Positions 28,173-35,919 of a stretch of 64,000 bases of DNA are shown one piece after another. Source of the DNA: Acidobacteriota bacterium (GTDB lineage: Bacteria > Acidobacteriota > Thermoanaerobaculia > Gp7-AA8). How positions within the stretch are numbered: the first letter of the stretch is position 1; each line of letters opens with the position of its first letter. The notes beneath the pieces were generated by a model. It was not told the DNA's origin. It did not search any database and saw nothing but the letters and a program-made list of their open reading frames with translations. Location of the stretch: positions 1,518 to 65,517 of the forward strand of contig JAFAOU010000018.1 in the NCBI GenBank assembly GCA_019247495.1. The letters run 5' to 3'. Both the position numbers and the translations under genes were made by a program.

Positions 28173-29249
28173 CTAGAGGCCGTAGAAACGCTTTGGGTTG
28201 TGGCAGAGGAGCTTTTCGACCGTTGCGTCGGAAATCGTCCCTTTGAGTGCCATCGCATCCTTCATGACGTTCGGGTCGTGATCCATGTGTGGGAAATCGG
28301 AGCCGATGAGGATGTTGTCGGCGCCTATGAAATCCATGAGCGGGGCCAGGTAAGCCTCCGTCGGTTCGATGGCAACGAAGCACTGCCGGCGGAAGTATTC
28401 GGACGGTTTCATGGTCACGTTGCCGCGCACCTCCCACTCCAGGTCGTGGTACTCGCGGTCGAGACGCCAGAGCCAATACGGAACCCAGCCTCCGCCCGCT
28501 TCCAGAAACGCGAAGCGAAGACGCGGATGCCGTTCCAGGACGCCGCCTTCGATCAGCGCCAGCAGGGCCATCATCTGTTCCATCGGATGCGAGCAGGCGT
28601 GCATGGCGAAACGCGAGTCGAAGCGGTCGGCACCTGCCGACGGCACGCGGGCGTGAGTGCCTTCATGGATTCCAACCGCGATGTTCAACTCCTCGCACGC
28701 GCTCCAGAACGGTTCATACGCGGGATCGCTGAGGAGGCGTCCTTTGATCGGATTGGGACGCATCACGACAGCGCGCCATCCGAAACCGGCGATGCGGCGC
28801 AACTCCGGCACCATCTCGTCAGGCGCATGACGATTGATCGCGCCGACGCCGCGCAGCACCTGTGGATCGTAGGCCACGAAGTCGCGTAGCCAGTTGTTGT
28901 ACGCACGGATGAACGCGCCTGCCAGCGCGGCATCCATCGAGTCGACCGCGAAGAGGAATCCGCCGACCGAGGGATAGAGGAACGCAAAGTCGGCGCCGAG
29001 AATCCTGAGCGCTTTGACCGTCGAAGGAGCATCCCAGGCGGTGATGCCGTACGCCGCGTGGCTGCGATCGAGGATGGACGGACCGGCAGAAGCCACTTTG
29101 TCGGAGATCTTGTTGTAGATCGCCTCGCCATCGAGACGCAGCGCCGTGGTGATGGAGTGGCTGCCGAACTCCGGCTCCAGGTAGTCGTTCCAGATGCTGG
29201 CGGGCTCCCACACGTGGCAGTCGGCGTCGATGATTTCGTGGGCGGTCAT
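28173..29249 (-). CDS. amidohydrolase family (Amidohydro_2/LigW-ACMSD-like) metalloenzyme
   Basis: IDADCH, GIHEG, FLEAGGGW, GSDFPH motifs; ATGA overlap with the SagB gene. Confidence 0.88.
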   Translation of the reverse strand: MTAHEIIDADCHVWEPASIWNDYLEPEFGSHSITTALRLDGEAIYNKISDKVASAGPSILDRSHAAYGITAWDAPSTVKALRILGADFAFLYPSVGGFLFAVDSMDAALAGAFIRAYNNWLRDFVAYDPQVLRGVGAINRHAPDEMVPELRRIAGFGWRAVVMRPNPIKGRLLSDPAYEPFWSACEELNIAVGIHEGTHARVPSAGADRFDSRFAMHACSHPMEQMMALLALIEGGVLERHPRLRFAFLEAGGGWVPYWLWRLDREYHDLEWEVRGNVTMKPSEYFRRQCFVAIEPTEAYLAPLMDFIGADNILIGSDFPHMDHDPNVMKDAMALKGTISDATVEKLLCHNPKRFYGL

Positions 29250-30550
29250 TGCCGGTCTCCTTCCGCTCTGCTTCCGATGATGAATTCGCCCACGGATGTC
29301 TCCTCGTAGTAGTCGACGCCGGCCGCTGCGGCAAAGACGTCTGAGTCGCCGCCGCCGATGGCGCAGGCGCCGAGGCCCATCGCCTCTGCCACGAGATAGA
29401 GCGTCTGCATCAGGGCGCCCACGTCCTTGAGGATGAGCGCGTAACCCATCGACTCGTACTTCCAGAAGACTCTCGCGAATCGAGCGGTGATCGTCAGCAG
29501 CACCTGCGGCGGAGCGTATGGTTCTTGCGTCGCCTGCTGAAGAAGCGCCTTCGACGAATCTCCGATGCGCGCGAGGCGGTGCTCGAGCGGATCGTAGTGA
29601 TAGAGCCCGGAGCGGAGGTCAGCGCAGGTATGGACCGTGAGGTAGATCTCCAGCTCGTACACCGCGCCGCCGCCGGGATACGGACGGTTGCTGAGTTGCT
29701 GGCCGATACCGACGTCGTAGACGTCGCGGATCCGCGCGGCGCGGAAGAGAAGCTCGCCCAGCTCGCGGCAAGTGATCGGCGGCTCGCCGAACTGCCGTGA
29801 GGAGTGGCGGTTCTCGATGACGGAGGTGAATTCGCCCTGCAGCTCAGGTCTGTGGAGAGGTACGACGTCGTCGGATGCGATTTGCTTCGCCACCGGGGGC
29901 GGCTGCGTGCGAAGGCGAAATGGAAACGAGGCTCCGTACTGGCCGTGATGACGCCCCTTCCGCGACCGCGCGTGGAAGAGAAGATCGTAAAAGTTCCAGT
30001 AGCCGAGCGAACCGTCGTTCTCTTGCTCGCCGGCGAAGAGACCGCAACTCCAGAAGAGCGTGCAGAGCGCGGAAACCTCATCCGGCGGAAGGATTGCGGT
30101 CAGCTCGTCTGCGCGCCGCGGCGTAGCCAGCGTCGCCAGGAACGGCAGCAGGCGCGGATCGGTGAGGGTGACGTGAGCTGCGGATAGCGGCGTTTCGATT
30201 GTCATCGTGTCGCCATCGCGGCGAATCAGCGCAAATCGAGAGAGGAGCAACGGCTGGCCAGGGTCCACGGTTCGTAAATCCAGCCGCGTTCTGCATGTGG
30301 CCGTGGCCAGCGTTCCGTCATCGCTGGCGATTCGATACGACAGCGCGTCGCGGCGGGCCAGCGCGTCCAGCGCGTAGTACAGCAGCGGAAGACCACCCCG
30401 CCCGTCCGCGGCGATGACGCTCGTTTCGAGCTCGTCCTCCGTTTCGCCGTTTCGTGCGATTCGTGCGAGCGCATCGCGTACGCCGGTTGGAAGGGAGGCC
30501 GAGGGCGCTTCGCCGTCACGCAGAAGCAATTCGATGCGCGCGGCGGCCAT
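29246..30550 (-). CDS. SagB/ThcOx-family FMN-dependent azoline dehydrogenase
   Basis: FYDLLFHARSRKGRH, RHSSRQF, RPYPGGGAVYELE, KYESMGYALILKDVG. Confidence 0.9.
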   Translation of the reverse strand: MAAARIELLLRDGEAPSASLPTGVRDALARIARNGETEDELETSVIAADGRGGLPLLYYALDALARRDALSYRIASDDGTLATATCRTRLDLRTVDPGQPLLLSRFALIRRDGDTMTIETPLSAAHVTLTDPRLLPFLATLATPRRADELTAILPPDEVSALCTLFWSCGLFAGEQENDGSLGYWNFYDLLFHARSRKGRHHGQYGASFPFRLRTQPPPVAKQIASDDVVPLHRPELQGEFTSVIENRHSSRQFGEPPITCRELGELLFRAARIRDVYDVGIGQQLSNRPYPGGGAVYELEIYLTVHTCADLRSGLYHYDPLEHRLARIGDSSKALLQQATQEPYAPPQVLLTITARFARVFWKYESMGYALILKDVGALMQTLYLVAEAMGLGACAIGGGDSDVFAAAAGVDYYEETSVGEFIIGSRAEGDRQ

Positions 30551-30559
30551 GGCAGCGCC

Positions 30560-32848
30560 TCAGAAGAAAACCGGTATCGGATTCAGCTCGGCTTCCGGCA
30601 GCGGTGCGGGCAACCAGCCCAGCGATACCGGAACGTCATACAACCGGCCTGGTCCGAGACGTTGCCAGAAGTGACGCATCCCCGGCACGACCACGCGCAC
30701 CACGGAAAGGCCGATGTCAGGCCGAGTCTGATCGAGGACGAGCGTCTCCAGGCCGTGTTCTGCGGCGATGCGCACACACGCCTCGACGTCGTCTTTCAGA
30801 TCATCGTGGTCGAACCGTCGATAGTCCTGAGCGCCGACGGTTGCACCGGATGGAGCAAGGTATGAATGTTCCGCGAGCGTGGCCGTTCGGAGCCAGTCGA
30901 GAACCTCATCGCTCATCGTGTCGAATGGCGAATCGGCAGTGTGGCGATTGATGACGACCGGCAGAAACTGATTTGTTTCTGTCACCGCGCGAAGGATTCC
31001 GAGCTTCGCATCAAGATGGCAGCCGAATCCGACGATGAGATCCTCGGCCGGCGTATCGATGCGGCGGCTGACGGCGGCGAAGGCGGGGATGCCGAAGTCG
31101 CCGGTGATATCGAGAACCGTGAGATCGCGATTCAGCGAACGGTAGTAGCGCCGCAGCGTGGCGAAGTAAGGCTCATCGAACGTATCGAGGTCGACGGCTG
31201 GCCGGGTCAGGCGGTTGTACCACCAGATGGCGACGCAGTCGCGTTCCACCAGTTCGAGGAATCCCTGCAGGACGGCCTCTTCAAGGGAGTTGCCGGCCGC
31301 GCAGCCGTTCGAGTCGGCCCAACCGAAGGGTTCGCGCGGCTGGTATTCGAAATAGCAGTAGGCCGTCGGGAGGTAGCGGACGCGATCTTCCGTCAACGAC
31401 CAGAGAGGGGACCATTCGATTTCGGCGGAGGGATCGAATGGCGCCGGAACGCGGTGAGAGCGCGGGGCGGGAGTCTCGTTATGCCGTTGGTATTGCGCGG
31501 CGCTGTAAAGCATGCAGTCGTTCGGATGAATGGCGGCGTCGCCGATCGATCCGAAGCTGGCTCGGAAGCGCGGCTCGCTTCCGTCGAAGAGGCCGCTGTA
31601 GCGCTCGATCGCTTCCGCCAGCGCGCCGGCTTTGGCCTGCTGCGCGGTCTTACCCTTTCCGCCGCTCCCGCTGCGGAAGCGTCCGCGCAGCGATTCGAGA
31701 GAGTCATCGATACGCGACGCGTTGCGGCCCGCGAAGCAGAGCGGCGCAGCGGTGGAATCGACCGGCGACTCCGAGGTCAAGTGAGTGACGACTCCGGTCA
31801 GCGCACTTACGTGACGGCTGTAGCGCGCCAGCGTCACTTCCGGCGATTCCGAACGAAAGCCGCCATCGCTGGTGAACTTCTTGGTGCGGCTCGTGAGGCG
31901 GATCGGCTCCGCCGTTCGAGACGGCGCTGCCCGGCCGGTTCCGCATTCAGGGCATTGCGGCCGCCGCACCACCGGATGGCGCTCGCTGGTCAAGCACGCC
32001 AGGTCGATGGTCAGCAGACTGTTCTCCAACTCCGGACTCGGCGCGCCGGCCAGCCACTTAGCTACCTCGGTCGCGATGAGAGAAGCCGCTGCGGACTCGG
32101 TCAGGGGAATGCTGAAGTTGCTCGCCACACGCGGATACGAGTCGTTTTTGCGCCGCTGCACGAACCGCTCGGCCTCGCGCTGCGTGCGCAGACGGTGAGC
32201 GAGGCACGTCCAGCACGCAGTCACGCCAGGCCGGATCAGTGGCCCGATCCAGAGGAGGGAGCCTACGGGACGCGCGAGGAGCCACGGTGATCCGTCCTGC
32301 AGGCGTGCGGCGTTGAATGCGGCTAATTCCGGACGGAGATAGTCATCGGTCAGAACGACTGAAACGCTCCCTTCGGCGGCGACACCGATGCCGGCGGAGG
32401 TCAGCGACCGCAGGAGCGGTTCGGTTGCGATGTCCCCAATCGCCACGATTGCCACGCGAGCTTCGGAGAGAGCACGAACCGCGGTGCCGGGGGAGACACC
32501 GAGCGCATCCCAGAATTGCGCTGCCGGCGGTGGAAGAGAGTCGTCGCTCTCGCGGATGACGCCGCATTTTTCCAGCCGTTCGAGAGCGTAGTAAACCTCG
32601 ATCGCGCTTACGGCCGGCCTCGCCGCGTCAACGATTTCGTCGACGGCCCTTCCTTCGCCGAGAAGAGACGTCACGGCGGTATACGCGGAGCCGCTGAAAA
32701 GCTGGGCTCCCCGCTCGCTGAGCAGGAGCGTGTGCTCGTCATCGACGATGGTGACGTCGTAGCAAGTCCTGAACTCCGGTCGGATAAGCAGGTAGATCTC
32801 CTTTTCGGTACGAGCACGCCCCCGGCGGCCGTGAAACGCTGAGGCCAC
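30560..32848 (-). CDS. fused leader-binding/E1-like + YcaO cyclodehydratase (TOMM/LAP)
   Basis: IGPLIRPGVTACWTC E1-like domain; EAIERYS, DSNGCAAG, ELVERD YcaO ATP motifs; Pro-rich C-terminus PIPVFF. Confidence 0.92.
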   Translation of the reverse strand: MASAFHGRRGRARTEKEIYLLIRPEFRTCYDVTIVDDEHTLLLSERGAQLFSGSAYTAVTSLLGEGRAVDEIVDAARPAVSAIEVYYALERLEKCGVIRESDDSLPPPAAQFWDALGVSPGTAVRALSEARVAIVAIGDIATEPLLRSLTSAGIGVAAEGSVSVVLTDDYLRPELAAFNAARLQDGSPWLLARPVGSLLWIGPLIRPGVTACWTCLAHRLRTQREAERFVQRRKNDSYPRVASNFSIPLTESAAASLIATEVAKWLAGAPSPELENSLLTIDLACLTSERHPVVRRPQCPECGTGRAAPSRTAEPIRLTSRTKKFTSDGGFRSESPEVTLARYSRHVSALTGVVTHLTSESPVDSTAAPLCFAGRNASRIDDSLESLRGRFRSGSGGKGKTAQQAKAGALAEAIERYSGLFDGSEPRFRASFGSIGDAAIHPNDCMLYSAAQYQRHNETPAPRSHRVPAPFDPSAEIEWSPLWSLTEDRVRYLPTAYCYFEYQPREPFGWADSNGCAAGNSLEEAVLQGFLELVERDCVAIWWYNRLTRPAVDLDTFDEPYFATLRRYYRSLNRDLTVLDITGDFGIPAFAAVSRRIDTPAEDLIVGFGCHLDAKLGILRAVTETNQFLPVVINRHTADSPFDTMSDEVLDWLRTATLAEHSYLAPSGATVGAQDYRRFDHDDLKDDVEACVRIAAEHGLETLVLDQTRPDIGLSVVRVVVPGMRHFWQRLGPGRLYDVPVSLGWLPAPLPEAELNPIPVFF

Positions 32849-32868
32849 CGGAGGCTAGTCGTTTGAGA

Positions 32869-33156
32869 TCAGCAGCAGAAGACCATGTCTTTGTGGCAGT
32901 TGGTGCTGCTGCAGAAGGGGGTGCCCTTGTAGTTGCCGAGATGTTCCTCGTTCAGATCGGCGGGCTTCGCCGGGAGGCCGAGAGTGAGCGTGCTCTGCGT
33001 CGAATCGACGGCGATCTTTACCGTGATGGCGGGATTGATCTTCCACCCGGCTTCTTCCAACACCTTCGCCGGCTCCTTGAGGAGACGGTCGCGATAGGCA
33101 TCATCCGACCACGCCCTTGCAATGACTTTTTCATAATTATGAGTTTCTTCCGACAT
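32869..33156 (-). CDS. NHLP (nitrile-hydratase-like leader) RiPP precursor; putative core ~TPFCSSTNCHKDMVFCC
   Basis: KVIARAWSDDAYRDRLLKEPAKVL and LPAKPADLNEEHL leader motifs; Cys/Ser/Thr-rich tail; AAGGA RBS; 20 nt upstream of YcaO. Confidence 0.88.
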   Translation of the reverse strand: MSEETHNYEKVIARAWSDDAYRDRLLKEPAKVLEEAGWKINPAITVKIAVDSTQSTLTLGLPAKPADLNEEHLGNYKGTPFCSSTNCHKDMVFCC

Positions 33157-33246
33157 GACGAATCCTTTCTTTTGAACTGCGTTTATGTCGAGGACCGGGT
33201 CTGACGAGGGACCCCAATGAAAATATCCTCGACACGTTCCTTGGTC

Positions 33247-35919
33247 TCACGGGGATGCGCTGGGAGAGTTACGACGAGGCAGGTTGTAAATGAGCCGCAA
33301 GTGAATCGTCCTGCCGGCCTGGAGCACCCGAGGCAATGTGGTGAAGTTGCCCGGGTCGGAATAGTTCTTATTGAGGAGGTTAAAGGCGCTGAGCTGCAGG
33401 GTTGTTTTCGGCAGAATGCGGTAGCTCAGGGTGGCGTCCGTCGTCGAATACGGATCCGTCTGCGTAAAAGGGTCGGTTGCGTCCGTCGTTCCTGGCCCGG
33501 TCCGCCGGCGTCCCACGAAATGAACGCGCAGCCCGCCGTACAGGCGTAGTGAAGCATCGCTGTCAACTCCTACAGTGGCCTGATTGGCGGCGATGTCGGC
33601 CACTGGCAGCTGTCGAATCACTTTGCCGCTGCCGTCCACGAGTGGATTGCCCTCGAAATCGGCCGGGTTCAGTTGCAGCGGCTTCGTATGTGTGTAATTC
33701 GCCCACAGGCGGAATCGGGACAGCCTGTACGCCGCGGTTGCCTGTAATCCGGTAACGAGGAGACGATCGCGATTCTGATACTGCGCGCACCCCGAGAAAC
33801 AGTCGGGTACGAGGGTGCCGTCGGGCAGGCGCGGCGCGCCGATGGCCACGACGTTCGAATAGCTGGCCCGGTACGCCGACGCTTCCACCGACAGCCTTTC
33901 GTCGCGCTCCCAGCTCGCGCTCAGCTCCACGTTGCGCACGCGCTCCGGTGTAAGGCCGTTGCTGCGATATTCGATGACGTATCGCAATACGCTGAATTTT
34001 TGAGCTTCTGTTGGGTCCTTGAATGCTTCCGAATAAATGCTCTTGAGTACGAGCCGTCCATCGCCCGGTGACCAGATCACTCCGACTCGGGGCGTGAACA
34101 GCGTTCCATAGCCGTACGCGCCGGGTTTGTTGTCGATACTGTTGTGGCTGACCCGGCCTGCAAGAACGAATCGCAACGCTTTATACGGTTTCCATGATCC
34201 CTGGCCATAGACGGCCGCGTCGGTATGCTCATTCTCCTCAGGTTTCTCGAGAGCAGTTCCCGTCAGAAATCCAGGACCGCTGGGCGAAGAATCCAATTGC
34301 GTCTGCACTGAGGATTTTGCGAACTCAACGCCGGCCACGCCGCTGATCTTTTCCGACGGTTCATAGGTGAGGCTGATTTCGCTGCGCAATATGCTGTTGA
34401 GTAAACCGAATGTATCTCTCTCGATCCACGGAGAGGCGGGCGCGCAACCGACCGGCTGCGGGTCGTTCGGAGCGACGCAGGGAGGCACAAGACTCCATAG
34501 GCTGAGAAAGCCGTCGTAATAGCTGTGTGTGTAGTCGAAGCGGGAGCTGGCCCGGTCGAGTGACGTCTGTTGATAGCGCGCGAAGATGTTGAGTTTCATG
34601 CGGTCGAGAGGGACCGAGTACTTCATGTATAGAGCGGTCTCTTTCGGCGTCCATGTGGTATTTCCCGTGATCCCGACCGGTATGCCGTAGGCGGAGATGA
34701 TGCCCTCCTGCGACGACCACGATTGAAGGCCGACGGTCAGGTTTTGAACCCGCAGCCGGGCATTCACGGACCAGTTGTTGGCGCGGTCATCGAAGCCGGC
34801 TCCGTGATCCTCGATCAGCTTCCGATCGAGTCCGCGCACGAGTGTTTCACCCGCATCCGTCAGATCGATTCCCGCGGCGCTGCAACGAATGTAGGGCGAC
34901 GGCGTCGCGCAGAGTGCGGCTCTTTCTTCGGAAGTGCCGCCAAGGTGCAGCAGGCTTTTGTAATCGATGGTCCTGTAGGTGAAGTCGTAAAAAGGGAGCG
35001 CGGAAAGATCGCGCTCTTTCGACTGCTGAAAATTCGCGGCCACGCTCCATGCAATCGTCGCGTCGCGGTTGGCGCCGGCGGCGGTGATGTCCGCGGACCG
35101 ATTCGAGTAGCCGCCACCGGTCACCTCGCCGATCAGTCCGAACCGCCCCTTCTCGCCGATGATCGACTCGGGATCGCGGGTGATGATGCTGATTACGCCC
35201 GTGTACGCATTCGCGCCATACATCGTCGAGGCCGGGCCGTAGATCACCTCGACGCGCTCGATATCCGTCAGCGAATACTGCCGCGAGAGGTAGACCACGC
35301 TGCCGCTCAGATCGTTCTGCTCGACACCGTCGACGAGCAGGAGCAGGCGGTCGTTTTCGTTGTTGAGGTAGCCGCGTTGATAGATGGAGGAGTAGTTCGC
35401 TCCATTCAGCCGCGCGATGTCGAAACCGGGCAGGTCGTGAAGAAGTTGTTCGAGGTCGAGGTAGCCGCGCCGCTCGATTTCGTCGCCAGTGATGACCATG
35501 ACCGTGGCGGGCGCTTCGCGCAGACTCTCGCTCGTCTTCGACACGGAGGTGACCTGCGTCTTCTGCTCCTCTTTGCGCACCTTCGCGACGAGCGAGAGAT
35601 AGCGCGCCGACGATCCGGCCTCGGGTTCGTAGTTCGCCTGCAGTCGGAGGAGCGTGGAGACTTCTTTTCGCGCCTTCTCCGGCTCATCGTTGTTGAGATA
35701 GGCGCGCGCAAGCAGTGAGTGGACGTGGGTTGCTACCGCACGCGAGGTCGGTGTGCCGAGGCATGGGGCGAGTTTCGCAGGGATGTCTTCGAAGAGACCA
35801 AGCTCGTAGGTTTTTTCCGCGTCGTGCAGAGCGTCCTCGCACGCGGTCTGCGCGAAGACCTTGGACGACGAGGTCAGCAGGAAGACGGAAGCGAACAGCG
35901 TGATTGCAGTTTTTTTCAT
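33247..35919 (-). CDS. TonB-dependent receptor with N-terminal TPR-like extension
   Basis: Signal peptide; plug motifs (EAPATVMVIT, IERVEVIYGPASTMYGANAYTGVISII); NLLNKNY...GRT barrel end; ATGA overlap with the upstream gene. Confidence 0.88.
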   Translation of the reverse strand: MKKTAITLFASVFLLTSSSKVFAQTACEDALHDAEKTYELGLFEDIPAKLAPCLGTPTSRAVATHVHSLLARAYLNNDEPEKARKEVSTLLRLQANYEPEAGSSARYLSLVAKVRKEEQKTQVTSVSKTSESLREAPATVMVITGDEIERRGYLDLEQLLHDLPGFDIARLNGANYSSIYQRGYLNNENDRLLLLVDGVEQNDLSGSVVYLSRQYSLTDIERVEVIYGPASTMYGANAYTGVISIITRDPESIIGEKGRFGLIGEVTGGGYSNRSADITAAGANRDATIAWSVAANFQQSKERDLSALPFYDFTYRTIDYKSLLHLGGTSEERAALCATPSPYIRCSAAGIDLTDAGETLVRGLDRKLIEDHGAGFDDRANNWSVNARLRVQNLTVGLQSWSSQEGIISAYGIPVGITGNTTWTPKETALYMKYSVPLDRMKLNIFARYQQTSLDRASSRFDYTHSYYDGFLSLWSLVPPCVAPNDPQPVGCAPASPWIERDTFGLLNSILRSEISLTYEPSEKISGVAGVEFAKSSVQTQLDSSPSGPGFLTGTALEKPEENEHTDAAVYGQGSWKPYKALRFVLAGRVSHNSIDNKPGAYGYGTLFTPRVGVIWSPGDGRLVLKSIYSEAFKDPTEAQKFSVLRYVIEYRSNGLTPERVRNVELSASWERDERLSVEASAYRASYSNVVAIGAPRLPDGTLVPDCFSGCAQYQNRDRLLVTGLQATAAYRLSRFRLWANYTHTKPLQLNPADFEGNPLVDGSGKVIRQLPVADIAANQATVGVDSDASLRLYGGLRVHFVGRRRTGPGTTDATDPFTQTDPYSTTDATLSYRILPKTTLQLSAFNLLNKNYSDPGNFTTLPRVLQAGRTIHLRLIYNLPRRNSPSASP

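Noticed and set aside
32855-33046. Alternative-frame His/Gln-rich peptide overlapping the precursor
   Set aside because: No RBS or family features; the other frame has the NHLP leader and RBS.
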